A stretch of 64,000 bases of DNA from an uncultured Alphaproteobacteria bacterium (GCA_902563305.1 CACEWP010000003.1:35951-99950), one strand, 5' to 3'. Numbered from the stretch's first letter, positions 1 to 10,097 are shown. The notes: generated from the sequence alone by a model not told the origin. Translations and numbers: made by a program.

Positions 1-421
1 TATTTTTCCTATCTTCAACCAATTTATAGTTCCAATAACTTGTGGGTAAAATTTGGTAATTGATATCCTTTTTATTGTTTGTTCCGTTTAAAGACATGCC
101 ATTATTAGTTTTACTGACATTGCAATATAAATCTTCACCATTCTTGTCAGTTGTAGTTTTCAATTGGACTAAGGAATTGTTTATCCAGTTTTCTTTATTT
201 TTATGGAAGTAATCATAGACAGTAAAACCTAGAAAAGTTACCTCAAATTTTATTTCAACATAAGGGTTGACGAAATTAGTTTTATTGTCGAAATCGATCT
301 TATGATATCCAATTTTTGAGCCATTTCTATAAACATTGAAGTAAATATTGTTTAGATCTGAGCTTTTAACCTCAAAAAAGAATGCTAGTAAAAGAGTTAC
401 TGATAATAAATTTTTTTTCAA
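1..421 (-). CDS. Secreted hypothetical protein, N-terminal part; the gene runs off the left edge
   Basis: Not in the ORF track. The minus-strand frame is open from TTG at 421-419 down to position 1 (140 codons). It starts with a signal-like N-terminus, LKKNLLSVTLLLAFFFEVKS, followed by YFNVYRNGSKIGYHKIDFD...LPTSYWNYKLV. It resembles alphaproteobacterial DUF6134-type proteins, from memory only. Confidence 0.55.
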   Translation of the reverse strand, partial: MKKNLLSVTLLLAFFFEVKSSDLNNIYFNVYRNGSKIGYHKIDFDNKTNFVNPYVEIKFEVTFLGFTVYDYFHKNKENWINNSLVQLKTTTDKNGEDLYCNVSKTNNGMSLNGTNNKKDINYQILPTSYWNYKLVEDRKN

Positions 422-434
422 TTTAATTTAGATG

Positions 435-462
435 TTGAATGGTTACTAAAGTAACCATTCAA
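435..462 (-). terminator. Perfect 12-bp inverted repeat hairpin just downstream of the BI-1 family gene
   Basis: ttgaatggttac (435-446), taaa loop, gtaaccattcaa (451-462), starting 9 nt after the stop at 472-474. No clear U-tract follows on the minus strand, so terminator function is uncertain. Confidence 0.35.
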
Positions 463-471
463 CTAGAATAA

Positions 472-1203
472 TTAGCGACGTTGTCCAAACAACTGAATTA
501 ACATAATAAATAGATTAATGAAATCTAGATATAAAGTTAAAGCGCCCATTATTGCTTTTTTACCTTCTTGACCAGTCCCATCATAATACATAGCTTTAAT
601 TCTTTGAGTATCATAGGCAGTTAATCCAGCGAAAACTAGAACTCCAATTACTGAAATTCCAAATTGAAGGGCAGTACTAGCAACAAAAATATTTACTATT
701 GAAGCAATTAAGATTCCTATCAGACCAATAAATAGGAATGATCCCCATCCTGAAAGATCTTTTTTGGTTGTATATCCATACAAGCTTAAGGCTCCAAAAG
801 CTCCGGCTGAGATAAAGAACACTCTTGCAACCGATTCTCCAGTATACTGAATAAATATTGATGATAGAGAAAGTCCCATAACGGAGGCAAAAGCCCAAAA
901 TAATATTTGAACGGTGCTTTCTTTCATTCGTGAAATACCCATATTGAGTGCAATGATGAAACCTAGAGGGGCTAACATTATAATGAAAGCTAGCGGTGAT
1001 CCATAAATAGTTGCACCAAAAGATGTATATGTGTTAGTAGCGAAATTAAATGCCAACGTTGATGTCAGGTGGGCAATGACACCAGTAAGTGCCAAACCAA
1101 CTGCCATAAAAGAATAGACCTTGTTCATATAGGCTCTAAGTCCTAAATCAATGTCAATCGAGGTGGATTTAGACTTTAGATCTCTTTCATAGTCGTAAGC
1201 CAT
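472..1203 (-). CDS. Bax inhibitor-1/YccA family inner membrane protein
   Basis: 243 aa with 7 hydrophobic segments. The N-terminal RAYMNKVYSFMAVGLALTG and C-terminal LYLDFINLF... are typical of the BI-1/YccA (UPF0005) family. Confidence 0.9.
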   Translation of the reverse strand: MAYDYERDLKSKSTSIDIDLGLRAYMNKVYSFMAVGLALTGVIAHLTSTLAFNFATNTYTSFGATIYGSPLAFIIMLAPLGFIIALNMGISRMKESTVQILFWAFASVMGLSLSSIFIQYTGESVARVFFISAGAFGALSLYGYTTKKDLSGWGSFLFIGLIGILIASIVNIFVASTALQFGISVIGVLVFAGLTAYDTQRIKAMYYDGTGQEGKKAIMGALTLYLDFINLFIMLIQLFGQRR

Positions 1204-1233
1204 TTTTAAACTCCTTATTTTAAATGTTTACAT

Positions 1234-1250
1234 GTAGTATATTATACTAC
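1234..1250. promoter_or_regulatory. 17-bp palindrome in a divergent promoter region (possible operator)
   Basis: gtagtata-t-tatactac: a perfect 8-bp inverted repeat with a 1-nt spacer, lying between the divergent starts at 1203 and 1309. Function is purely inferred. Confidence 0.2.
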
Positions 1251-1308
1251 TATTATTTAATAGTTAAAATATGTTACAAATTTTTTAAATCAAGAATTTT
1301 ATTTAATT

Positions 1309-2349
1309 ATGGAATATAAAAAACTAGGAAATACAGATCTTGACGTCAGTCTAATTTGTTTGGGAACAATGACATGGGGAGAGCAAAACTCTGAAGAAGA
1401 GGGGTTTGAACAAATGGATCTTGCACTATCCGAGGGTGTAAATTTTTTTGATACAGCTGAACTATATTCTGTACCTCCAAGAAAAGAAACTTGGGGTATA
1501 ACTGAAAAAATCATAGGAAACTGGCTAAAAGCTCGAAAATGTAGAGACAAAGTAATTATCGCTACGAAAGTTGTTGGAAGGTCTGGAATGAAATGGTTTA
1601 GACATAAAGAAACTAGGCTTAATAAAGAGCAAATAAATCAGGCTATAGAAGGTAGTTTGAAAAGACTTAAGACAGATTACATTGATTTATATCAATTACA
1701 TTGGCCAGATAGAAAAGCTAATTTTTTTGGTAAACTAGGTTATAATTTTGAAGAGGAAGATGATTTTATTGAATTAAAATATCAATTAGAAGTGCTCTCA
1801 GAGAATATCAAAAAAGGAAAAATAAGATATATCGGTCTTTCTAATGAGACACCGTGGGGTTTGATGAAGTTTCTTTCATTATCAGAGCAATTCAACCTTC
1901 CAAGGGTTGTATCCGTACAGAATCCCTATTCATTATTAAATCGAAGTTATGAAGTTGGAATGGCAGAAATTTCAGTAAGAGAAAAATGTGGTCTATTAGC
2001 CTACTCTCCTTTAGCATTTGGAATGTTAACTGGAAAATACGATAATGGTGCAAAACCTGATGGAGCCAGGTTGACCTTATATTCAAATATGTATACTAGG
2101 TATACAAAACCTAAAGGACTAAAATATTCTGAGAGATTTAATGATCTTGCAAGGCAACATAATCTTAAGCCATCAGAAATGGCTCTTGGATATGTAAATT
2201 CAAAGGAATTTCTAACGAGCAACATAATTGGGGCTACTAATTTAGATCAACTTAAAGAAAATATAAATTCTTTTAAAATCAAGTTATCAGATGAGATAAT
2301 AACTGAAATTGAAAGTATACATGACGAGAATCCCTACCCCTGTCCGTAA
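1309..2349 (+). CDS. NADP(H)-dependent aldo/keto reductase (Tas-like)
   Basis: 346 aa. MEYKKLGNTDLDVSLICLGTMTWGEQNSEEE...GVNFFDTAELY and YIDLYQLHWPD are typical AKR signatures. Confidence 0.9.
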   Translation: MEYKKLGNTDLDVSLICLGTMTWGEQNSEEEGFEQMDLALSEGVNFFDTAELYSVPPRKETWGITEKIIGNWLKARKCRDKVIIATKVVGRSGMKWFRHKETRLNKEQINQAIEGSLKRLKTDYIDLYQLHWPDRKANFFGKLGYNFEEEDDFIELKYQLEVLSENIKKGKIRYIGLSNETPWGLMKFLSLSEQFNLPRVVSVQNPYSLLNRSYEVGMAEISVREKCGLLAYSPLAFGMLTGKYDNGAKPDGARLTLYSNMYTRYTKPKGLKYSERFNDLARQHNLKPSEMALGYVNSKEFLTSNIIGATNLDQLKENINSFKIKLSDEIITEIESIHDENPYPCP

Positions 2350-2350
2350 T

Positions 2351-3190
2351 TTATTTTTTTTGGATTATAAAACTTGTGATAATTATTACTAAGATTCCAA
2401 GTAAATTGGTTAAATTAATTTGTTCATTAAAAAATAAAAATCCAAAAATTGCTGAGAAAATTATTCTTGTATAACTTAAAATAACTACATCTTTACTCTC
2501 AGAATTTTTATATGATTCAGTATTGAAATATTGACCTAATAGTGCAGCCAATGTAATAAGTAAATAATCTAATAATAAAAAACTCCACTCTATTGAGATT
2601 TTATTTTTAAATATTACTAAAAAAATAATAGATGAAATTACTGAGTGATAAAAAAGTATTTTTGAGGTTTCTTCTCTCTTACTGAGATAAGATATCGATA
2701 TTATTCCTCCAGAAACACATATTGACGAAAATAAAGCCATATAAAGACCTTTTTGACTATCTATCTGATCGGGACTTGTGATTAGCATTATTCCTAAGAA
2801 ACCAGAAAAAATCAAAAAAAAGGTTTTCAGATTCAATTTCTCCGAAAAAAAGAATGATGAAGCTAAACAAGTAAAAAAAACTTTGGTAAATCCAATGGTA
2901 CTCGCTTGTGCTAATGTTAAATAAAGCAAAGATTTATACCCAAAATACATAGCAGAAACACCAAAAAGACATCTAAAAAAATGGACTTGTAGATTTTGTG
3001 TTGGCAGAAAAGTGGAAATTCTTTTTTTGCTACACAAAATAAAAAATAATAGAATCAGTGAACCAAAAAAAGATCTGAAGAAAACTATATTTTCAATACT
3101 ATGATCATCTAATGATTTTTTGATCATCAAGCCAAGTAAAGCAAAGAAAAAACAACTAATTATTTGATAATACGGTTGAAGTCTTATCAT
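2351..3190 (-). CDS. DMT superfamily (EamA-like) transporter
   Basis: 279 aa with about 10 hydrophobic helices, a tandem paralog of the upstream gene. The start is uncertain: it overlaps the upstream gene by 35 nt, and an alternative Met sits at 3127. Confidence 0.8.
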   Translation of the reverse strand: MIRLQPYYQIISCFFFALLGLMIKKSLDDHSIENIVFFRSFFGSLILLFFILCSKKRISTFLPTQNLQVHFFRCLFGVSAMYFGYKSLLYLTLAQASTIGFTKVFFTCLASSFFFSEKLNLKTFFLIFSGFLGIMLITSPDQIDSQKGLYMALFSSICVSGGIISISYLSKREETSKILFYHSVISSIIFLVIFKNKISIEWSFLLLDYLLITLAALLGQYFNTESYKNSESKDVVILSYTRIIFSAIFGFLFFNEQINLTNLLGILVIIITSFIIQKK

Positions 3191-4028
3191 TTTTTTTTAT
3201 ATTCAATGCGGTTAAATTTGAACAGATTATCAGCCCTACCCCACCAATCATAGTAATATGGTCTATTCTTTCATTAAAAAAAATAAGACCTAAGATTGTT
3301 GTGAAGATTAATTTTGAAAAATCAAAGGACATTAGATTGGTAAGTTTGGATAAACTTAATGCTTTAGTCCAACAAAAATTTCCAATTGTTGCAATCACTG
3401 CTATTAAAATCAATAGCAGGAAGGCTTTATAATCCTGAGGTGAAGTCCAAAAATGAAGAGAAGGTAGAAACGTTATAGGCGTCATTAATAAAACCATACT
3501 GAACATCAGTGTGATTACAGATTCTGTTTCTGATATTTTCTTAACTAATAATGCTGTAATTGCGTGAGTTATAGCAGCAATTAAAGCTAGAACCACCCCA
3601 AGTTTTATTTGAAGATCGGGTCTTATGATCACTATTGTTAAGATAAATCCTAAAACAATCATAAAATTATTAAATTTTGTTGTTTTTTCTTTGAAAAAAA
3701 TTACTCCACCAAGATATACGAATAATGGAGTGCTAAAAGTAACAGCAATTGCCTGAGAAAGAGGAATCATTGAATACGAACAAAATAGAAGTATCATGGT
3801 TAACCCTCCAAAGATTCCTCTAAGAACAAGAAGTTTAAAATTACTTTTTCTTTTTATTGATATTTTTGTTTTTAAAATAAACGGGAGTAGTAAAAAAATA
3901 CTTATGAAATTTCTAAAGAAAGCTTGTTCTACCGGATGAATAAATTCAGAATTAAATTTTATTATAGTAGCTAAAATCGAGAAAAGTAAACATGATGAAA
4001 TTAGGAGAAAGATTGGAAACATTTTCAA
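3156..4028 (-). CDS. DMT superfamily (EamA-like) transporter
   Basis: 290 aa polytopic membrane protein with the two-repeat EamA architecture. Confidence 0.8.
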   Translation of the reverse strand: MKMFPIFLLISSCLLFSILATIIKFNSEFIHPVEQAFFRNFISIFLLLPFILKTKISIKRKSNFKLLVLRGIFGGLTMILLFCSYSMIPLSQAIAVTFSTPLFVYLGGVIFFKEKTTKFNNFMIVLGFILTIVIIRPDLQIKLGVVLALIAAITHAITALLVKKISETESVITLMFSMVLLMTPITFLPSLHFWTSPQDYKAFLLLILIAVIATIGNFCWTKALSLSKLTNLMSFDFSKLIFTTILGLIFFNERIDHITMIGGVGLIICSNLTALNIKKNDKTSTVLSNN

Positions 4029-4063
4029 TTTGAATTATAGTCTCTTGCAATTTATTTACTAAT

Positions 4064-4588
4064 ATGTCAATAAAAATAATGAATTTAAAAAAGTCTAATA
4101 TTTTTCTTCTTTCATTTACACTTATTTTTTATTGTTGTTCACTAAAAGCAAAAGAACTTGGAAAATATAATGACTGGAGTGCTTATGCCGAAGGGGAAGG
4201 AAAAAACTTAGCGTGTTTGGCTGTTTCAAAACCAAAAAAAGCCGAAGGTAATTATAAAAGAAGGGGCGAAGTTTTTGCTGTAATTACGCATTTACCTGGC
4301 CAAAATAAATGGAACGAATTTAGTATTATCGCAGGATACAATTACAAGGCTGATAGTAACCCGGACGTAACTATTGGGGATGCAAAGTTTCAATTATTTA
4401 CATCAGGTTCACGAGCATGGAGTTTTAGTCCACCTGATGATGAAAAAATTATTAAATTTCTAAAATCGTCGATGAAAATGAAAGTTATTGGAACTTCTAC
4501 AAGAGGAACAATTACAACTGATACCTATTCCTTAATGGGCTTCAGTAAAGCTTATAAAAAGATTAATGAAGCCTGTCAAAAGAAATAA
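4064..4588 (+). CDS. Periplasmic hypothetical protein, possibly IalB (invasion-associated locus B)-like
   Basis: 174 aa with an N-terminal signal peptide and conserved Cys near the N- and C-termini (LACLAV ... DTYSLMGFSKAYKKINEAC). The family call is from memory of alphaproteobacterial IalB-like proteins. Confidence 0.6.
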   Translation: MSIKIMNLKKSNIFLLSFTLIFYCCSLKAKELGKYNDWSAYAEGEGKNLACLAVSKPKKAEGNYKRRGEVFAVITHLPGQNKWNEFSIIAGYNYKADSNPDVTIGDAKFQLFTSGSRAWSFSPPDDEKIIKFLKSSMKMKVIGTSTRGTITTDTYSLMGFSKAYKKINEACQKK

Positions 4589-4594
4589 AGACCT

Positions 4595-5797
4595 ATGAAA
4601 AAAAAAGATAAAGTTGTTCTTGCCTTCTCTGGAGGTTTAGACACCTCAATAATTCTTAAATGGCTTCAGAACGAAAAGAATTTAGATGTTGTAACTTTTA
4701 CAGCAGATATTGGACAGGGTTCAGAAATTGATGATGCGAAAGAGAAGGCAAAAAAATTAGGTGTAAAAGAAATTTTTGTTGAAGATTTGAAAGAAGAGTT
4801 TGTCAAAGATTTTGTATTCCCAATGTTTAGAGCTAATGCAGTTTATGAAGGATATTATTTATTAGGAACTTCAATTGCAAGACCATTGATTGCTAAAAAA
4901 CAACTTGAGATTGCAGAAAAGGTTGGAGCAAGTTTTGTGTCTCATGGTTCAACAGGTAAAGGTAATGATCAAATTAGATTTGAATTAGGTTACTATGCTA
5001 ATAATCCAAAAATAAAAGTGATAGCTCCTTGGAGAGAATGGAATTTAAAATCGAGGAAAGATTTAATTGAATATGCTAAAAAATCTCAGATTCCAGTTCC
5101 TCAATATAAAACTAATGAGCCTCCATACTCAATGGATGCCAATTTATTGCACACATCATATGAAGGTAAAGTTCTTGAGGATCCATGGAAAGAGCCAGAT
5201 GAGTCAATGTTTACAAGAACTAAGTCTCAAGAAGAATCCCCTGACAAGCCGACTTATTTAGAATTAGAATTTTCTAAAGGTGATCTAGTTGGAATAAATG
5301 GGAAAAAACAATCACCAGCAATGCTTCTTTCTATTTTGAACAAAATAGGAGGAGAAAATGGAGTAGGAAGAATTGATATAGTTGAAAATAGATTTATAGG
5401 TATGAAGTCAAGAGGAGTTTATGAAACACCTGGAGGCGAAATACTAATTGTTGCGAGAAGAGCTGTTGAAAGTATTACATTAGATAAAGCTGCAGGTCAT
5501 TTAAAAGATGAGCTGATGCCTAAATATGCTGAAATGATATATAATGGACTTTGGTTCTCTCCAGAGAGAGAGATGATTCAGTCATTGATTGACAAATCTC
5601 AGAAAAACGTAGACGGTCTCGTTAAATTAAAAATTTACAAAGGTAACGTCATAATCTTAGGAAGAAAATCTAAAAAAAGCCTATATTCAAGTGAAGTAGC
5701 AACTTTTGAGGAAGATGTAGTTTATGACCAAAAAGATGCTGAAGGATTTATAAAGTTAAATGCACTAAGACTAAAACTACTCAAGAATAGAAGATAG
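4595..5797 (+). CDS. argG: Argininosuccinate synthase
   Basis: 400 aa. It has the [12 protein letters not shown]-binding motif, [15 protein letters not shown] and [24 protein letters not shown]. Confidence 0.97.
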   Translation: MKKKDKVVLAFSGGLDTSIILKWLQNEKNLDVVTFTADIGQGSEIDDAKEKAKKLGVKEIFVEDLKEEFVKDFVFPMFRANAVYEGYYLLGTSIARPLIAKKQLEIAEKVGASFVSHGSTGKGNDQIRFELGYYANNPKIKVIAPWREWNLKSRKDLIEYAKKSQIPVPQYKTNEPPYSMDANLLHTSYEGKVLEDPWKEPDESMFTRTKSQEESPDKPTYLELEFSKGDLVGINGKKQSPAMLLSILNKIGGENGVGRIDIVENRFIGMKSRGVYETPGGEILIVARRAVESITLDKAAGHLKDELMPKYAEMIYNGLWFSPEREMIQSLIDKSQKNVDGLVKLKIYKGNVIILGRKSKKSLYSSEVATFEEDVVYDQKDAEGFIKLNALRLKLLKNRR

Positions 5798-6676
5798 ATC
5801 AGGCGTTTGCTCTCCGAACTGTGGATAAGAAGCAAGAAGGGTATTCAAAAGTAAACAAGCTATTGTCATTGGACCTACTCCTCCTGGAACTGGAGTTATC
5901 TTAGAACATTTATCTAAGCATTCATTGTAATCAACGTCACCCACAAGAATTTTTTTTTCTTCTCTTTCAATCCTATTAATTCCAACATCAATTATAACAG
6001 CTCCATCTTTTATCCAACTTGATTTGACCATCTCTGGGATACCAACAGCTGCAACAAGAATATCTGCATCTTTACAAACGGTCTCAATATCCCTAGTGCG
6101 TGAATGACAAATTGTGACTGTGGCATTCATTTCTAAAAGAAGTGCAGCCATTGGTTTTCCGACAATATTAGATCTACCTATAATAACTGCATTTTTTCCT
6201 GATAAGTCTTTGGAAATCTTTTTTACAAGAATACTGCATCCTAGAGGAGTGCAGGGGACTAATGACGTTAAGCCAGACCATAGCTTTCCAACATTTTGAG
6301 CGTGAAACCCATCTACATCTTTTTCAGGTTTTATCCTATCAAGTATTTTATCTGAATTGATATGGTTAGGTAAAGGAAGTTGGACAAGTATACCCTGTAC
6401 ATTTAAATCTTCGTTAAGTTTATCGACTATCTTAATTAATTCTTTTTCAGTTACCTTTTCATCTAATTTATGCTCAATTGAATTAAATCCAACTTCTTTA
6501 GTTTTCTCAATTTTATTTTTTACGTAAACTCTACTGGCCGGATTATCACCAACCAAAACAACTGCTAGTCCAGGAGTTTTACCAGTATTTTTTATTAGCT
6601 CACCACCTAATTCTTTAACTTTTTTTCTGATTTCTGCCGAAACAATTTTTCCATCAATAATTTTATTTTCACTCAT
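5777..6676 (-). CDS. folD: Bifunctional methylenetetrahydrofolate dehydrogenase/cyclohydrolase
   Basis: 299 aa with [32 protein letters not shown] and [11 protein letters not shown]. Its 3' end overlaps the argG 3' end by 21 nt. Confidence 0.96.
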   Translation of the reverse strand: MSENKIIDGKIVSAEIRKKVKELGGELIKNTGKTPGLAVVLVGDNPASRVYVKNKIEKTKEVGFNSIEHKLDEKVTEKELIKIVDKLNEDLNVQGILVQLPLPNHINSDKILDRIKPEKDVDGFHAQNVGKLWSGLTSLVPCTPLGCSILVKKISKDLSGKNAVIIGRSNIVGKPMAALLLEMNATVTICHSRTRDIETVCKDADILVAAVGIPEMVKSSWIKDGAVIIDVGINRIEREEKKILVGDVDYNECLDKCSKITPVPGGVGPMTIACLLLNTLLASYPQFGEQTPDLSSILE

Positions 6677-6677
6677 A

Positions 6678-6965
6678 TCAAAGTCCGTATTTTGTCATAA
6701 TATATTGAAACGCTTCAATAATTATTATTAGTATTACAGGTGAAATATCAATTGCACCAAAATTTGGGATAATGTTTCTTATAACTTTAAGTAATGGTTC
6801 TATCAACCTAAATAAAAAATCCATAATAATTGAGATTATTCTATTATTAATATTCACAACATTGAAAGAAACTAGCATGCTAATTATTACGTAGAATATT
6901 ACAGAGTATTTATAAATCTGCAAAATTTGAAAAATAATGTATGCAAAAAAGTCAATAAAATACAT
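6678..6965 (-). CDS. yggT: YggT family membrane protein
   Basis: 95 aa. LIEPLLKVIRNIIPNFGAIDISPVILIIII matches the YggT (Ycf19) pattern. Confidence 0.8.
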   Translation of the reverse strand: MYFIDFFAYIIFQILQIYKYSVIFYVIISMLVSFNVVNINNRIISIIMDFLFRLIEPLLKVIRNIIPNFGAIDISPVILIIIIEAFQYIMTKYGL

Positions 6966-6967
6966 AA

Positions 6968-8341
6968 TTGTTAGAATTTATTATGAAAAACATTACTGAT
7001 CAATTAGATTTTGATTTTAGTAGACCAATTGATTTACAAAGAAATATAGAATTAGATATTATAAATAAATTTATTGGAAGTATAGAAAATTTGGACAACA
7101 GTAAATTATTTATTAAACATCTGAGGCTACTAATCCTTGAATTATATTTTTGTTGGGCTGAATCTGATTTACAATTTTTGTCCGTTTCAATGTCAAAAAG
7201 AGGTTATAATTCTAGATCGAGATACAACCCAAATAATATTTCATCTTATTTAATTAGAACGATAAATTTTTTAAAAAAAAGAAACCTCATTGAACTTTAT
7301 CCAGGTTTTTATGATTCACGATCAAAAAGAAGCAGATTGACAAGAATTAAACCCTCTTATACTTTAAAAAACCATTTTAAAAAAATTAAATTTTTATATA
7401 GCCATAAAATTAATCACAGAAAAAAAGAGTTTTTATTAATATCTAAGAATGGCGGTTTAATTGAGTATGATGATAGTTATGAAACTCAGGAAAAAAAGGT
7501 TGTTATTGAGAATTATAATAGCTTAATTTCAAAAACTTTATTTGATATTCCAAATATCGAAGATAGTTATCTGATTAGAGGAGATAACAGAAAAATTGCA
7601 ATTTCACGTTTTATTTCTTGCTCTTTCTTAATCGATTTAGACAAATTTCCATCTGGGACTTTCGCGGGGTGTTGGTGGAATAAGCTAGATCTAAGTTTAT
7701 TCTTTAAGATAAAAAATAAATTGACTATAAATAATAAAAAAACAAATTATTTAGATTTAACCCAGTTTTTCAGCCATTTTTTGACGCTAGTGTCTAGCTC
7801 AAACGTAAAGATAGAATCGCAAAGAGAATCTAAATATCTGAATCATAATCAAATTTGTTACTTAATTATAAAAGGAAGTCGATCTAAAAGTCAGGAAAGT
7901 TTTTATAGATCAGTACTAAGTGAAAAAAAGAAATTATCTCTAGATGGTCTAACAAAGAAACAGATTTTAGATTCAATTTACAATAAAATTAATAATGTTA
8001 ATATTCTTAAAAGTTTGATGTTTAATGGAAAGGATATTGGTTGGGATTCAATAATATCACGAGTTTTTTATGATTTAGTGAGTAAGATAAATAGCGTTAA
8101 TATCCCAGTTTTTTTAGTTAGAGATAAAATATATTTTCCAGAGGAAAAGCAAGATAAAGTTTTAGAAAATTTAGAAGAAATTTTATTTAAAGAGTTTCAT
8201 CTAAGTTCAATCAAAATGAAATGTGAAAAAGCTTCGGACTTTGACTTTGAAAAAAAAACTTTTTTTGGTAAATTACTTAAATCAAAAAATGATTTCTCAA
8301 AAAGATATTTAGATAATAAGAATTATTTTGGTATAAGTTAA
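6968..8341 (+). CDS. Hypothetical protein (457 aa; probable ATG start at 6983)
   Basis: Long uninterrupted ORF, Lys/Asn-rich, with no family I can name confidently. The track start is TTG at 6968; ATG at 6983 (MKNITDQ) is more likely. Confidence 0.7.
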   Translation: MLEFIMKNITDQLDFDFSRPIDLQRNIELDIINKFIGSIENLDNSKLFIKHLRLLILELYFCWAESDLQFLSVSMSKRGYNSRSRYNPNNISSYLIRTINFLKKRNLIELYPGFYDSRSKRSRLTRIKPSYTLKNHFKKIKFLYSHKINHRKKEFLLISKNGGLIEYDDSYETQEKKVVIENYNSLISKTLFDIPNIEDSYLIRGDNRKIAISRFISCSFLIDLDKFPSGTFAGCWWNKLDLSLFFKIKNKLTINNKKTNYLDLTQFFSHFLTLVSSSNVKIESQRESKYLNHNQICYLIIKGSRSKSQESFYRSVLSEKKKLSLDGLTKKQILDSIYNKINNVNILKSLMFNGKDIGWDSIISRVFYDLVSKINSVNIPVFLVRDKIYFPEEKQDKVLENLEEILFKEFHLSSIKMKCEKASDFDFEKKTFFGKLLKSKNDFSKRYLDNKNYFGIS

Positions 8342-8346
8342 ATAAA

Positions 8347-8751
8347 ATGAGTCAAAAGAAGATAGGCATCAATCAACTTAAATTCAGTAGGGGTAAAAAA
8401 ATATATTCCAAAGGAGATGCCGCTCACTTTGCATATTATGTTCATTCTGGAAAAGTTAATATTTACAGTCCTGGTGGTTTGTTACTAGGAAAAATTGGGG
8501 AGGGAGAAATATTTGGTGAGCGTGGACCATCTTTAGACGAATCTAGATCTGTTACAGCTGAAGCAGAGACAAACTGTATCTTGTATCCAATTAATGAGAA
8601 AACTTTAAAACAAAAATTAAAAGAGGCTGATCCAGTAGTTAGAGCAATCGTAAGAAGTTTACTAATGCGTTTGAATGATATTAACTTGAAGAGTGAGGAT
8701 TTTTGGAGAAATTTAAATTTAGTAACTTCTTTAACCGAGAAAGATGATTAA
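8347..8751 (+). CDS. Stand-alone cyclic nucleotide-binding domain protein
   Basis: 134 aa. YSKGDAAHFAYYVHSGKVNIY...GEGEIFGE...RSVTAEA matches the cNMP-binding beta-roll. No output domain is present. Confidence 0.8.
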   Translation: MSQKKIGINQLKFSRGKKIYSKGDAAHFAYYVHSGKVNIYSPGGLLLGKIGEGEIFGERGPSLDESRSVTAEAETNCILYPINEKTLKQKLKEADPVVRAIVRSLLMRLNDINLKSEDFWRNLNLVTSLTEKDD

Positions 8752-10028
8752 AGTGTATTTTTACCTTGGCGATGGAGTGTGTTTTCCTCACCTTGTACAA
8801 GATTCCAAAAATCCTTCATATAGTCTTCACTAAATCTATTAATACTAAATTTTTTGTAATCAAACTTCTTTGTTATTATAGGTTCATTGAGAATCTCCTC
8901 AGCAATACTTTCGCCTAAAACAGGGCAGTATTTCATGGCTTGACCTGAACCTAAATTATGGAAGAGGTTTTTAAACTTACTATCTTTTCCAAGAATAAAT
9001 CTGAGATCTGGTGTTATATCAAAAAATGATCTGTAGCCAGATGCGTATACGGTTTTATCTATATTAGAAAATCTTTTTTTAGAAATGTCTTCGTAATTCT
9101 TTATTTGATTGTATGCAAGGGATTGATTCATTGGTTCATTTAAATACTCTCCACCGTTAACTGATGTTAAATCGTTAAGAAAGTTTTTTGCAATTTCATA
9201 AACTGATCTTTTTCTTGGTTGATGCGCATGCATTTTATTACCTCTCCAAGATCTAAAATAACAAAGGTTTGTATAATCTGCTACAATTGGATACTCATAT
9301 CTTATTTGCTTTGGACTTTCCATCCAATTCACTACAGAAACTGGTTCAATTGTAACTGGGATTTTTAGGCCAATTTTCGAAAAAAGTTGAGAGCTCCATG
9401 CCCCAGTTGCATTGACAAAATTCTTTGAATCTAGTTTTCCATTATTGGTGGTGACTCCAATGATTTCGTTACCTTTTGTTAATATCGTATCAACCTCGGT
9501 TTTTTCCATAAGATCTACGCCATTGTTGTCTAAAGCTTCATATAGAGTTGAACGCAAAATACTGGGATCTAATTGAAAGGCTTCGGGTTCATAAAAGTAA
9601 GATTCATCTTCGTCAGTTAAAAGTGTGGTACCACATTTTTCTACTGCTGATTTAGAATCTATCTCCTGAAAAACTAATTCTATTTTTTTCATTCGATGTG
9701 ATAATTCAGTCCAAGCGGGGTTTTCGCCGTCAGAATTCTTCTTGGCTATCCAAATTGCACCAAACTCGTCAAGCTCCATATCAATACCCCACACACTTGA
9801 CAAATTCTTCCACATTTTTGTACTCATTGAAGCCATCAGTGATGCGTCTGGATCAGCATTTGCTGATCTGACTATGCCAGAATGTCTTGAGGATTCAGCG
9901 GCACAAAGAACTGCTTTTTCAATTAAGCAAACTTTTTCATTTTTACCAAGTTTATTTAACTTTCTTTGAAGTGATATAGCAGCAGCAGCTCCTAAACAAC
10001 CCCCACCTATTACGATTGTGTGATACAT
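8748..10028 (-). CDS. FAD-dependent oxidoreductase (DAO family; glycine/D-amino-acid or sarcosine oxidase-like)
   Basis: 426 aa with the N-terminal Rossmann motif HTIVIGGGCLGAAAAISL and the domain layout of the DAO family. The substrate is not assignable from sequence. Confidence 0.85.
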   Translation of the reverse strand: MYHTIVIGGGCLGAAAAISLQRKLNKLGKNEKVCLIEKAVLCAAESSRHSGIVRSANADPDASLMASMSTKMWKNLSSVWGIDMELDEFGAIWIAKKNSDGENPAWTELSHRMKKIELVFQEIDSKSAVEKCGTTLLTDEDESYFYEPEAFQLDPSILRSTLYEALDNNGVDLMEKTEVDTILTKGNEIIGVTTNNGKLDSKNFVNATGAWSSQLFSKIGLKIPVTIEPVSVVNWMESPKQIRYEYPIVADYTNLCYFRSWRGNKMHAHQPRKRSVYEIAKNFLNDLTSVNGGEYLNEPMNQSLAYNQIKNYEDISKKRFSNIDKTVYASGYRSFFDITPDLRFILGKDSKFKNLFHNLGSGQAMKYCPVLGESIAEEILNEPIITKKFDYKKFSINRFSEDYMKDFWNLVQGEENTLHRQGKNTL

Positions 10029-10097
10029 ATTTTTCTATTAAAAAACTTATAATATTAGTATAAGACTGAGAATATAATAATTAAATAATTAATTACA

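Noticed and set aside
677-898. Nested or antisense ORFs in the track. They are 677-898, 1299-1550, 1892-2086, 2001-2225, 5067-5261, 6114-6299, 9742-9969, 10311-10656, 11306-11524, 13331-13516, 13623-13901, 19614-19829 and 23557-23769. Also 25971-26177, 26672-26890, 27241-27513, 29150-29589, 32765-32992, 33211-33555, 34510-34701, 35674-35928, 38212-38436, 38866-39249, 39678-39905, 47170-47460, 51858-52055, 57675-57863, 59838-60023 and 61496-61777.
   Set aside because: Each lies inside or antisense to a longer ORF with clear family signatures. They have low-complexity or shadow-frame composition and show no independent support.
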